The translations under genes were made by a program, and so were the position numbers. DNA of 64,000 bases from an uncultured bacterium (GTDB taxonomy: Bacteria; Krumholzibacteriota; Krumholzibacteriia; LZORAL124-64-63), in assembly GCA_963727525.1 (NCBI GenBank), contig CAVSGO010000007.1:1024001-1088000 (forward strand). The letters are read 5' to 3'. Under the pieces are notes generated by a model. That model searched no databases. It saw only the letters and a program-made list of their open reading frames with translations, and was not told where the DNA came from. Of this stretch, positions 53,893 through 63,537 are shown in pieces; position 1 is the stretch's first letter, and each line of letters begins with the position of its first letter.

Positions 53893-55143
53893 CTAGGTGT
53901 AGCGGATGATCTCCATCGGGTCGAGCCGCGACGCCTCGCGGCTCGGCATGATCGTGGCCAGCAGGGTGATCGCCAGCGCGGCGCCGGCCACGATCAGGAA
54001 ATCGCTCCACTGCGCAATGCACGGCACGTGGTCGACGAAGTACACATCGGCCGGCAGCGGCAGCCCCCAGCGCATGAGGTACTGCGCCCCCAGCCAGCCC
54101 AGCAGGCTGCCCAGCAGCGTACCCAGGCCGCCCAGCCACAGGCCGTTGATCACGAAGATACCCTGGATCTGCCCACGCGACGCGCCCATCGACAGCAGGA
54201 TGCCGATCTCGCGGCGCCGCTCGCCCACCATCATCGTGAGGATGCCGATGATGTTGAATGCCGCCACCAGCACGATCATGCCCAGCAGCAGGAACATGAC
54301 CACCTTCTCCAGCTTCACCCAGCGAAAGAGGTTCTGGTTCAGGGCCATCCAGTCGACGGCGTGGAAGTCCTGCCCGAGCTTGTCCTCGAGGCGCGCCGCC
54401 ACCGTGGCCGCCGTCATCATGTCCTTCACGCGCACGCCCACGAGCCCGGCGTTCTGCGGATCGTAGCCGAAGAACTCGCGCGCCACCCTGATGTCGACGT
54501 AGGAGAAGCGGCTGTCGAATTCGTACATGCCCGACTCGAGGTAGCCGACCACCACGAAACGGCGGCTCTCGGCCTCCACGTGCGTCAGGCTGATCTCGCC
54601 GGTAGGCGCGGTGACGATGATGGTATCGCCGATGGCCGCGTAGAGCGACGTGGCCAGCTCCGAACCCAGGATGATGCGCGGCGTCTCGCCGCGCATGGTG
54701 CGCAACCGGTCGAGCACGTGCGGCCCCGGCCGGAGCTGTTCCGCGAACGGCTGCACCGTGTCGATGAGATCGGGATCGATGCCCCAGGCTATGGCGCCCC
54801 TGTTGCGCGCCGGCCCCAGCACGCGGGGCTTGGTGACGATGACCTCCTGCCGGATGTAGGGCGCGCTGCCGGTGACGTCGATGTCGTCGTCGATGGCGTG
54901 CAACGTTCCGGCGAGATCGGCGAAGCCCTCGGGCGCGCTGCTGCCGATGGTGATCATGGGCATGGTCTCGACGAACGTCCGCCGCAGCTCGGCGTGGAAG
55001 CCGTTCATGATCGCCAGCGTGAGATCCAGCACCATCACGCCCAGCACGATGCCCACCACCGCCGTCACCGACACCCGGCTCAGCAAGCGGCTGCGCCGGC
55101 GACTGCGCATGTACCTGCGCGCGATGTACAGAGCGAAACGCAT
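53893..55143 (-). CDS. lolE: Lipoprotein-releasing ABC permease LolC/E
   Basis: IARRY, IMNGF, GMYEFD, VAAFNII, EIGILLSMGA, ASRLDPMEIIRY. Confidence 0.88.
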   Translation of the reverse strand: MRFALYIARRYMRSRRRSRLLSRVSVTAVVGIVLGVMVLDLTLAIMNGFHAELRRTFVETMPMITIGSSAPEGFADLAGTLHAIDDDIDVTGSAPYIRQEVIVTKPRVLGPARNRGAIAWGIDPDLIDTVQPFAEQLRPGPHVLDRLRTMRGETPRIILGSELATSLYAAIGDTIIVTAPTGEISLTHVEAESRRFVVVGYLESGMYEFDSRFSYVDIRVAREFFGYDPQNAGLVGVRVKDMMTAATVAARLEDKLGQDFHAVDWMALNQNLFRWVKLEKVVMFLLLGMIVLVAAFNIIGILTMMVGERRREIGILLSMGASRGQIQGIFVINGLWLGGLGTLLGSLLGWLGAQYLMRWGLPLPADVYFVDHVPCIAQWSDFLIVAGAALAITLLATIMPSREASRLDPMEIIRYT

Positions 55144-56669
55144 CACTCGGCCTTGCGTTGCCATTCGGCGCTCAGGCCGGGCCGCTCCTGCCGCCCCTCG
55201 GGCCGCATGTGCGGGAAGAGCAGCACGTCGCGAATGCTGTGGCTGTCGGTGAGCAGCATGACGACGCGGTCGACGCCGATGCCCAGGCCACCGGTGGGCG
55301 GCATGCCGGTCTCGAGGGCCTGCAGGAACTCGTCGTCGAGTTGCTGGGCCTCCTCGTCGCCGGCGGCGAGCAGGCGAGCCTGGTCCTCGAAGCGGCGGCG
55401 CTGCTCGCGCGGGTCGTTCAGCTCGCTGAAGCTGTTGGCCAGCTCGAAACCGCTGGCGAATAGCTCGAAGCGTTCCACCAGACCCGGCTCGCTGCGGTGG
55501 GCCTTGGCCAGGGGCGACAGCTCCTGCGGGTGGTCCATCACGAAGGTGGGCTGGACCAGCGTGGGTTCCACGAGCAGGCTGAACATCTCGTCGAGGATCT
55601 TGTCGCGCCCCATCCCCTTCTTGAGGTCCACGCCCACCTCGCGGGCTTTCGCGGTCACCTGGGCGTCGTCGAGTGCGCGCAGGTCGGTGCCCGTCTTCTC
55701 GGCCAGGGCGTCCATGAAGCGCACGCGCGCGAAGGGCTGGCTGAAATCGAGCGCGTGCTCGCCGAAGGCGACCTTGCCGGTGTCGCCGAACTGAATGGCC
55801 AGCGTCCTCAGCAGGCGCTCGGTGAGGTCGAGCATGTCGTGGTAGTCCCGGTACGCCGCGTAGCACTCGAGCATGGTGAACTCGGGGTTGTGCGTGCGGT
55901 CCATGCCCTCGTTGCGGAAGTCCTTGCTGATCTCGTACACGCGGTCGAGTCCCCCCACGATGCAGCGCTTGAGGTAGAGCTCGTCGGCGATGCGCAGGTA
56001 CAGCGGCATGTCCAGTGCGTTGTGGTGCGTCACGAAGGGCCGCGCCGTGGCCCCGCCATAGAGCGGTTGCAGCACGGGCGTCTCCACCTCGAGGAAGTCC
56101 TCGTCGTCGAGGAAGCGGCGCATGGCCGAGATGATCCGCGAGCGCGTGCGGAAGCGCGCTCGCGACTCCTGGTTCATGGCCAGGTCGAGGTGGCGCTTGC
56201 GGCTCTTCAGCTCCAGGCTCATGTCGTGGTACTTCTCGGGCAGCGGCCGCAGCGCCTTCGCCAGGAAAACGAACGCTCGCACATGTACCGTCAGCTCGCC
56301 AGTACGCGTGACGAACAGCTCCCCCTCCACACCCAGGAAATCACCGATGTCGAGCAGCTTCTGGGCCTGCTCGAAGGCCTCGTCGCCCAGATCGTCCTTC
56401 TTAAAGTACACCTGCAGGCGCCCCCACTCGTCATCCACCGGCACGAACATGGTCTTGCCCATGCCGCGCTTGGTCATCACCCGGCCGGCGTAGCGGATGC
56501 GGGTGCCGGACGCCATGAGCGCCTCCTGCTGCGACCGCGCCTCGGCGCTGGTGTGCGAGCGGTCGAAGCGGTAGGGATAGGGTTCGGCAAGCTGTGTCAG
56601 CTTCTCCTCGCGGGTGGCGATGAGATTGCGCAGACCCTCGGGTTCGGCCGGGAGGTTCTGGTCGCTCAC
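55143..56669 (-). CDS. lysS: Lysine--tRNA ligase (class II)
   Basis: LRPLPEKYH, YGGATARPF, YLRIADELYLKR, FRNEG, HNPEF, GMPPTGGLGIGVDR; GTG start overlapping prfB stop. Confidence 0.97.
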   Translation of the reverse strand: MSDQNLPAEPEGLRNLIATREEKLTQLAEPYPYRFDRSHTSAEARSQQEALMASGTRIRYAGRVMTKRGMGKTMFVPVDDEWGRLQVYFKKDDLGDEAFEQAQKLLDIGDFLGVEGELFVTRTGELTVHVRAFVFLAKALRPLPEKYHDMSLELKSRKRHLDLAMNQESRARFRTRSRIISAMRRFLDDEDFLEVETPVLQPLYGGATARPFVTHHNALDMPLYLRIADELYLKRCIVGGLDRVYEISKDFRNEGMDRTHNPEFTMLECYAAYRDYHDMLDLTERLLRTLAIQFGDTGKVAFGEHALDFSQPFARVRFMDALAEKTGTDLRALDDAQVTAKAREVGVDLKKGMGRDKILDEMFSLLVEPTLVQPTFVMDHPQELSPLAKAHRSEPGLVERFELFASGFELANSFSELNDPREQRRRFEDQARLLAAGDEEAQQLDDEFLQALETGMPPTGGLGIGVDRVVMLLTDSHSIRDVLLFPHMRPEGRQERPGLSAEWQRKAE

Positions 56670-57788
56670 GAGTCGCTCCTCTGACGCACGCCCTCGCCGC
56701 TCTTGGAGCGCAGGTACGCGTCGATGAAACCGTCGATCTCGCCGTCGAGGACGGCCTGCGTGTTGCCCGTCTCCCACTCGGTGCGCACGTCCTTGACCTT
56801 GGTGTACGGCTGTAGCACGTAGTTGCGGATCTGGCTGCCCCAGGCGATCTCCATCTTGGCGTCCTCGGCCGCCTGTCGCCCCTTCATGCGCTCCTCGAGG
56901 GCGCGCATGTAGAGCTTGGTGCGCAGCATGGTCATGGCCATTTCACGGTTGCGGTGCTGGCTGCGCTCCTGCTGACACGACACCACGATGCCCGTGGGCT
57001 CGTGGACGATGCGGATGGCCGAGTCGGTCTTGTTGACGTGCTGTCCGCCGGCGCCCTGGGCCCGGAAAGTGTCGACGCGCAGGTCGGCCGGATTGATCTC
57101 CACCTCCACGTCGTCCTGCACGAGCGGGAACACGAAGACGCTGGCGAACGACGTATGCCGCCGCTTCTGCGCGTCGTACGGCGAGATGCGCACCAGCCGG
57201 TGCACGCCGGTCTCGCTCTTGAGATATCCGTAGGCGAAAGCGTCCTCGATCTCCAGCGTGACGCTCTTGATGCCCGCCTCCTCGCCCGGCTGCAGGTCCA
57301 TCACGGTGAACTTCATCTCGTGGCGCTCGAGATATCGGGTGTACATGCGCAGCAGCATCTCGGCCCAGTCCTGGCTTTCCACCCCGCCGGCACCTGGGTG
57401 GATCTCCAGGATCGCACCACGGCCATCCTCGGGACCGTTGAGCAGGAACTGGAAATCGAGCTGCGCGACGAGTTCCTCGAGCCTGGTGACGCCCGCCTTG
57501 ACGTCGGCCGCGGTGGCCTCGTCCTCCTCCTCGTCGGCAAGCTGACCCAGGACATCGAGGTCTTCGGCCTTGGCCTCGGCCGCCGCGATGGGATCGAGCC
57601 AGCCGTTCAGCAGCCGCAGCTGGCGCAGCACGCCGCCGGCCTTGTCGCGGTCGGACCAGAACTCGGGATCGGACTGCTTGGCCTCGAGTTGTGCGTGCTC
57701 GGCCACCAGGGAGGGATAGTCAAAGACCCTCCTTGAGCTCGCCGAGCCGCTCCTTGAGGGCGGCCAGCCTGTCAAGCGCTTCCTTCAT
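56666..57788 (-). CDS. prfB: Peptide chain release factor 2 with programmed +1 frameshift (join 57788..57723, 57721..56666)
   Basis: 22-codon first ORF ends GGAGGGT-CTT-TGA-C; +1 frame has GAGG, QDWA, HRLVRISPY, RHTSF, GAGGQ. Confidence 0.96.
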
Positions 57789-58357
57789 GACGTCCCTCCC
57801 AGGACCCGGGCGGCGTCGGCCAGCACGGCGACGTCACCCTCGTTGTGGATGATGAGATCGGCCCGGGACCACGTGGGTTCCAGATGGGCCTGCGCGGCAA
57901 TGCGGGCCCGGGCTTGTCCCGGCGCCAGTCCCGCGGCCAGGAGCCGCTGCTCCCGGATCGCGGCGCTCGCGACCACCGCCACCACCCGATCCACGGGCGG
58001 CGGCCCGGGAAGCAGAAAATACACTGCCGCCTCCAGGATGACCAGCCGCGCCTTCGCTTTGTCGAGCCGGGCGCAGAGAGCGGCTGCGAGCGGCGGGTGC
58101 GTGATGGCGTCGAGGCGCGCACGGGCCTCGGTCGCGGCGAAGACACGCGGACCGAGGATCTTGCGATCGATGCGGCCGTCGGTGCCGAGGATGTCGGCGC
58201 CGAAGGCGGCGACGACCTGGGCCGTCACCGCAGGCAGCTCGAGGACCTCGTGACCCACGCGATCGGCCTCGATGACCTCGGCTCCGCGCTCGGCCAGCAA
58301 CGCGCACAGCCGGCTCTTGCCTGATGCCGTGGGTCCGACAATGGCGAGGCGTGTCAT
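57785..58357 (-). CDS. coaE: Dephospho-CoA kinase
   Basis: GPTASGKS, ADRVGH, IDRKILG..VF, ITHP, ARIAAQ, AD.II.N. Confidence 0.88.
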   Translation of the reverse strand: MTRLAIVGPTASGKSRLCALLAERGAEVIEADRVGHEVLELPAVTAQVVAAFGADILGTDGRIDRKILGPRVFAATEARARLDAITHPPLAAALCARLDKAKARLVILEAAVYFLLPGPPPVDRVVAVVASAAIREQRLLAAGLAPGQARARIAAQAHLEPTWSRADLIIHNEGDVAVLADAARVLGGTS

Positions 58358-58551
58358 GAGGGCCTCCGTGCGCACGGGCGCGTGTCAACTGCGGGCGACA
58401 GTTTCGCACTGGCGAGAGGAAATGGGAAGGGACGATACGTCGAGGACCCGCCGCTAGCCTGGCGATGGCAACAGTCGACCGGGTTCGGCGCACGGATGAT
58501 CGCGCCCGACTTGGCAATCGCGCTTCTGCTCGCCCAGAGGTGACCAGCGAT

Positions 58552-58571
58552 CAATGGCGCCGGCGCCATTG
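58552..58571. repeat. Perfect 20-bp palindrome
   Basis: CAATGGCGCC-GGCGCCATTG with no spacer. Confidence 0.9.
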
Positions 58572-58604
58572 TGGATATTATTTTATTACAATGACTTACG
58601 TTAT

Positions 58605-61442
58605 CTATCCGTGCGCCTCGGCCCAGTTCGCCCCCGTGTGCACGTCGACGACGAGCGGCACGGTCAGCTCCAGCGCGTGGCTCATCGCGTCCACCACCAG
58701 CGCCGTCACGTCCTCGATCTCCTTCTCCGGCAGCTCGAGCACCAGCTCGTCGTGCACCTGCAACAGCATCAGCGCGGGCGACCTTGCCATCGTCAGCGTC
58801 GCGTCGAGGCGCAGCATCGCCAGCTTGATCAGATCCGCCGCGGTGCCCTGGATCGGGGTGTTGACGGCGATGCGTTCCTGGAAGCTGCGGAGGCGGTGGT
58901 TGTCGGAGTGGATGTCGGGCAGGAGGCGGCGGCGGCCGAGCATGGTCTCGACGTAGCCGTCGCGGCGGGCTTGCTCCTGGGTGTGCTTGATGAACGTCTG
59001 CACGCCGGGGTAGGTGGCGAAGTAGGCGTCGATGAAGTCTTTCGCCTCGCTGGTGCTGACGTGGATCTGGCGGGCGAGCGACCTCGCCCCCATGCCGTAG
59101 ATGACGCCGAAGTTGATGGCCTTGGCGCGGGAGCGCATCTCGGGAGTCACGTCGTCCTCGGCGACCTTTGCCACCAGGGCCGCCGTGCGACGATGCACGT
59201 CCACGCCGTCCTCGAAGGCGCCGCGCAGCGCCTCGTCGCCCGTCAGGTGGGCGAGCAACCGCAATTCGACCTGGCTGTAGTCGGCGGAGAGGAACACGTG
59301 GCCCTTCGCGCGCGGAATGAAGGCGCGGCGGATCTGGCGGCCCAGCGCCGTGCGGATGGGGATGTTCTGCAGGTTGGGGTCGCTCGACGACAGGCGACCG
59401 GTCGCGGCCACGGCCTGGTTGTAGCTCGTGTGGATGAGATCCGTGCCTGGAGCGGCGAGCTGGGGCAGCATCTCGACATAGGTGCTCTGCAGCTTGGCGA
59501 TCTGGCGGTGCTCGAGAATGAGTGCAGGCAGTGCGTGGTCGTCGGCGAGCTGGGTGAGCACCGAAACGTCGGTGCTCCAGCCGGTGCTCGTTTTCTTGAT
59601 GGGTTTGAGACCCAGCTTGTCGAAGAGGATGTGGGCGAGTTGCTGGGGGCTCTGGACGTTGAAGTCCTCGCCGGCGGCAGCGTGGATGCGCTGTTCGAGG
59701 TCGGTGAGTTCGGCGGCGAAGGTGTCGCGCAGCTCCGCCATGAAGGCTCGGTCGAGCTTGATGCCGTTCTGCTCCATGCGCAGGAGGACCTGCGAGAGGG
59801 GCAGCTCGATATCGGTCAGCAACTTCGCCAGGCCCTGGTCCTCCACCATGGGCGCGAGGACCTCGTAGAGGCGCAGGGTCACGTCGGCGTCCTCGGCGGC
59901 ATATTCAGCCAGGCGCGGCAAAGGGACGCTGAGAATGTCCTTGCGGCGGTCGCCGCGGCTGAAGAGTTCGTCGTACGGGATGGGGCGCTCCCGCAGGAAG
60001 ACGGCGGCCAGTTCGTCCATGCCGTGGCTGCGGCGGCCGGGGTCGAGCACGTAGCTGGCGAGCATGGTGTCGTAGCGCGGACCGGCCAGGGGCAATTCGT
60101 GACGGCCGAGGATCCACTCGTCGAACTTCAGGTTCTGGCCCACTTTCAGGCGCTTCGCCTCCGCGAGCAGGGGCGCGAGGAGCTTGCGCACCTCGGACAG
60201 GCGGTTCACCTCGTGGCCGGTGGCGAAGAGATTGCCGCTCTCGCCGTCGGCGGACTCGGCGTCGCCGCCCACACGGGTGAGCACGGGGACGTAGGCGGCG
60301 GGTCGGCCAATGGCCGCCAGGCTGATGCCCACGAGGCGGGCGCGGTCAGGCTGCAGGGCGTCGGTCTCGGTGTCGACGGCAAGGGGCACGTCGGCGGGCA
60401 GCATCGCGATCCAGTCGCGCAGGGCCGTGTCCGTGTCGAGCAGGACGTAGCCGCGCCGCTGGAGACTTGCCCGGTCGTCGGCAGGCGCGGCCTCGCTCTC
60501 GCCGACGGCAGGCTCCGCCTCCGGTGCCGGCGCCGGTGCCGGTTTTTCGACCGCGTCCTCCGGCAGCTCGCGCGCGAGTCTGGTCGCCCACTTCTGCACG
60601 CGTTGCAGGCCGAGCCGGTCGAGCAGGCGCGTAGCGGCCGTACTGGTGGGCAGGACGGGCTGGAACGCGTCCCAGGCGATCTCCAGGGGCACGTCACGAT
60701 CGATGGTGAAGAGCTGGCGCGAGAGGAACACCTGTTCGCGGTTCTCGGTGAGGACACGTTTGAGGCGTGGCGTGAGCTTGCTCGTCTCGAGCTGCGCGTA
60801 GAGGTTCTCGAGGGTGCCGAAGTCGTGGATGAGCTTGAGGGCCGTCTTGTCGCCCACGCCGGGGGCGCCGGGAATGTTGTCGCTCTTGTCGCCGGAGAGG
60901 GCAAAGACATCGATGAGGCCCTCGGGCGTGACGCCAAACTCCTTCTCGAGCGTGGCGAGGGTGGCCTCGGTGATGTCGTCGCCGCGGCGACCGGGGCGCA
61001 GCAGGCCGGTTCGCTCGTCGACGAGCTGCCAGAAGTCCTTGTCGCCGGTGTAGTGCCAGGCCTGATCGGTGACGTCGCGCGAGCGCACGCCGAGGGTGGC
61101 CATGATGTCGTCGGCCTCGTAGCCCCCCTTTTCGAGCACCGGTACGCCCCAGGCGTCGAGCAACTCGCGCAGGCGCGGCAACTGCTCGGCGAGGTCGTCG
61201 GGCATGGGCTTGCGGGTGGCCTTGTACGCGGCGTAGAGGGCATGCCGGAACGTGGGTTCGCGGCGGTCGAAGACGACGGCCAGATGCGACGGGCGGTAAT
61301 CCTCGATGAGCTTCAGCAACGCGTTGCTGAAGCCGAAGGCCACCGACGTCACCTCGCCCGAGGGCGCGGTGAGGGGCCGGTTGATGAAGGCGAAGTGGGC
61401 GCGGTAGACGAGGGCGGAGCCGTCGACGAGGATCAGGCTCAT
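58605..61442 (-). CDS. polA: DNA polymerase I
   Basis: LVDGSALVYRAH 5'-exonuclease; DTET and YAAED 3'-exonuclease; TGRLSSSDPNLQN, ADYSQVELR, KAINFGVIYG, QVHDEL. Confidence 0.98.
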   Translation of the reverse strand: MSLILVDGSALVYRAHFAFINRPLTAPSGEVTSVAFGFSNALLKLIEDYRPSHLAVVFDRREPTFRHALYAAYKATRKPMPDDLAEQLPRLRELLDAWGVPVLEKGGYEADDIMATLGVRSRDVTDQAWHYTGDKDFWQLVDERTGLLRPGRRGDDITEATLATLEKEFGVTPEGLIDVFALSGDKSDNIPGAPGVGDKTALKLIHDFGTLENLYAQLETSKLTPRLKRVLTENREQVFLSRQLFTIDRDVPLEIAWDAFQPVLPTSTAATRLLDRLGLQRVQKWATRLARELPEDAVEKPAPAPAPEAEPAVGESEAAPADDRASLQRRGYVLLDTDTALRDWIAMLPADVPLAVDTETDALQPDRARLVGISLAAIGRPAAYVPVLTRVGGDAESADGESGNLFATGHEVNRLSEVRKLLAPLLAEAKRLKVGQNLKFDEWILGRHELPLAGPRYDTMLASYVLDPGRRSHGMDELAAVFLRERPIPYDELFSRGDRRKDILSVPLPRLAEYAAEDADVTLRLYEVLAPMVEDQGLAKLLTDIELPLSQVLLRMEQNGIKLDRAFMAELRDTFAAELTDLEQRIHAAAGEDFNVQSPQQLAHILFDKLGLKPIKKTSTGWSTDVSVLTQLADDHALPALILEHRQIAKLQSTYVEMLPQLAAPGTDLIHTSYNQAVAATGRLSSSDPNLQNIPIRTALGRQIRRAFIPRAKGHVFLSADYSQVELRLLAHLTGDEALRGAFEDGVDVHRRTAALVAKVAEDDVTPEMRSRAKAINFGVIYGMGARSLARQIHVSTSEAKDFIDAYFATYPGVQTFIKHTQEQARRDGYVETMLGRRRLLPDIHSDNHRLRSFQERIAVNTPIQGTAADLIKLAMLRLDATLTMARSPALMLLQVHDELVLELPEKEIEDVTALVVDAMSHALELTVPLVVDVHTGANWAEAHG

Positions 61443-61478
61443 GGGCAAGTCACTTTCGTCACGTGGTCAAGACGTCGG

Positions 61479-62060
61479 TCATCGCCCCAGACCGTAGAGC
61501 GCGTGCGCCACGATGTAGTCCGCCACGGACGGCGGCAACACGTCGCGTGGCACGTGGCCGCGCGCGAGGTCGCGGCGGATGTCCGTGGCCGAGGCGGGAT
61601 GGGCGAAGTCCCGCACCACGGTGGCGCGTCCGGCCACGAGCGGCGGCAACGCACCGTCCCAGTCCCCGCGCGCGAAGACGAGCAACTTGGCGTCACGCAG
61701 CAGGCGTTCGACCTCCTGCCAGCGGTCGAACGCGGCGAGGTGGTCGGCGCCCACCACGAGACGCCACGTGTCGTCGGGGTGGCGTGCCGCAAGTGCGGTG
61801 AGCGTGTCGATGGTGTAGCTCGGCGCTGGGCGCGCGATCTCGCAGTCCTCGACAGTCACGTGCGGATCGTCCGGCACCGCCAGGCACACCATGGCGAGGC
61901 GGTCGGCGGCGGCCGCACGGGTGCCATCCTTGAACGGCGACTGCGCCGCCGGTACCAGGTGCACATGGTCGGCGAGCCCGTCGCCGAGGATGCGCGCGAT
62001 CAGAGCCACGTGACCGTCGTGGATGGGATCGAAGCTGCCGCCCAGGAGGGCGCGGATCAT
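61479..62060 (-). CDS. nadD: Nicotinate-nucleotide adenylyltransferase
   Basis: GGSFDPIHDGH, SPFK, SYTIDTL, VGAD, SATDIR. Confidence 0.92.
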   Translation of the reverse strand: MIRALLGGSFDPIHDGHVALIARILGDGLADHVHLVPAAQSPFKDGTRAAAADRLAMVCLAVPDDPHVTVEDCEIARPAPSYTIDTLTALAARHPDDTWRLVVGADHLAAFDRWQEVERLLRDAKLLVFARGDWDGALPPLVAGRATVVRDFAHPASATDIRRDLARGHVPRDVLPPSVADYIVAHALYGLGR

Positions 62061-62854
62061 GAGTTGTCGATGTCGCCGGGCGGGGGCGTCCGACCATCGA
62101 GCGCGGCCAGCTCGCTGCGAGCGCGCGATGCGAGCATGCTGTCGGGGTATTCGTCGAGCAGGCGCTGGTACATGGTGCGCGCGGTGGCGTCGTCGTCGAG
62201 GTGGTGGGCCACCTCGGCACGCCGCAGCAGGACCTGGTCGATCAGGGTGCTGCCCGGCTCCTCGTCGAGGATGTAGTCGAGCGTGATGGCCACGGCCTGC
62301 CAGTGGCCGAGCTGTCGGTACACGTTGACGGCGCGCAAGCGCTTGCGCACGAGGAGATCGGAGATCTCGGCAAGCTTGGCCTTCGCATCCGAGGCATACT
62401 GCGAGTCCGGGTAGTTGCGCAGGAATTTCTGGAGCTGTGCGCGCGCGTCGTAAGCGCCGGAGACGTCGCGCTCCACGCGGCCGATCTCGTCGAGGTAGGC
62501 CACGCCCTCCTGGTACATGGCGTCCTCCACGCGCGGGCTCGTGGGATAGTCTTTCTGCAGGATCTGTAGCTCGACCGCGGCCAGCGGGTACTCCTTGACC
62601 TTCATGTACTCGATGCCCTTGCGGTACTGGGCCTCGGCGGCCAGACTGTCGGCGGGATTGTGCCGCACGAAGAGGCCGAAAGCGTCGGCGGCCTCCTGGG
62701 GCCGGTCGTGGTCGGAATAGAACTCCGCACGCTGAAAGCTGCCCACGCTGTAGGGATTGGAGGCGGCACAGCCGAGGAACACGCCGAGACCGACCACGAC
62801 TATGGCGGCCGCCGTCTGGCGGCCTGCACAGCGAACACCCACGAGCGCCTCCAA
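62057..62854 (-). CDS. bamD: Outer-membrane assembly lipoprotein BamD
   Basis: Lipobox FLGC, TPRs (AEAQY, YPTS, FLRNYPDSQY); start codon uncertain. Confidence 0.82.
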   Translation of the reverse strand: MEALVGVRCAGRQTAAAIVVVGLGVFLGCAASNPYSVGSFQRAEFYSDHDRPQEAADAFGLFVRHNPADSLAAEAQYRKGIEYMKVKEYPLAAVELQILQKDYPTSPRVEDAMYQEGVAYLDEIGRVERDVSGAYDARAQLQKFLRNYPDSQYASDAKAKLAEISDLLVRKRLRAVNVYRQLGHWQAVAITLDYILDEEPGSTLIDQVLLRRAEVAHHLDDDATARTMYQRLLDEYPDSMLASRARSELAALDGRTPPPGDIDNS

Positions 62855-62871
62855 GATCCTTTGTGACCGGA

Positions 62872-63537
62872 TCAGTTTGTATTCTGGAAGTACACCGCCA
62901 CCAGGCCCGCCAGGGCTCCGAGCACGACCACCTGCTCGAGTCGGCGATGCCAGCCGCTATCCTGCGCCTGGGCCATGGTGAACGGAAACGCCGCATCCTG
63001 CACGCCCGCGAGATCGTCCGACGACACGCGGTCCCGATAGCTGCGACGCACGTGCTCATTGTACACCACGCGGCCGCCCGGAGTTTCGACGAGCATGAAC
63101 GACCCGCCGAACACGAGGCTGCGCCCCACCCACTGCCGCCAGATGCCCAGCCGGCGTCCGGTCTCGGGATAGGCGACCGCGAGGTCGAGCACCTCGTAGC
63201 GCAGCTCGTAGGCGGGGCTGTCGGACGTGCCCTTCACAGCTTCGACGTGGACCTCGTACCCGGCGCGCTGCAGGCGACTCGTGAGCACGGTGGTGAGCAG
63301 GCCCGTGCCCTTCTCCCGGTCGGCCGGCACGAGGGAGACGACGGCCGGAGCCGGCGGCATTGCCGCGATCACGGGCTCGGACGCCTCGGCCATGAGTGCC
63401 TCGGTCAGCCAGAGGTTCGTGCGCACGGTATCGGCCGCGGTGAGCTGGAAGCCCTCGGCCACCGTGTCGGCCTCGGACGTCCGCGGCGCGAGAAGGAGCA
63501 GACCTGCCAGAGCGAAGAGGACGCTGCGTCGGATCAT
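62872..63537 (-). CDS. Hypothetical exported protein with C-terminal TM
   Basis: Signal peptide MIRRSVLFALAGLLLLA; C-terminal VVVLGALAGLVAVYF; ATG overlaps rimO stop. Confidence 0.75.
   Translation of the reverse strand: MIRRSVLFALAGLLLLAPRTSEADTVAEGFQLTAADTVRTNLWLTEALMAEASEPVIAAMPPAPAVVSLVPADREKGTGLLTTVLTSRLQRAGYEVHVEAVKGTSDSPAYELRYEVLDLAVAYPETGRRLGIWRQWVGRSLVFGGSFMLVETPGGRVVYNEHVRRSYRDRVSSDDLAGVQDAAFPFTMAQAQDSGWHRRLEQVVVLGALAGLVAVYFQNTN

Noticed and set aside
58360-58604. Possible replication origin
   Set aside because: Only one imperfect DnaA box and no dnaA/dnaN/gidA context
58579-58606. Possible dif site (TTACGTTATCT resembles the XerD arm, 8/11)
   Set aside because: Left arm does not resemble a XerC site and the arms lack inverted symmetry
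58554-62276. 1240-aa plus-strand ORF
   Set aside because: Antisense shadow of polA/nadD typical of high-GC codon bias; no recognisable motifs
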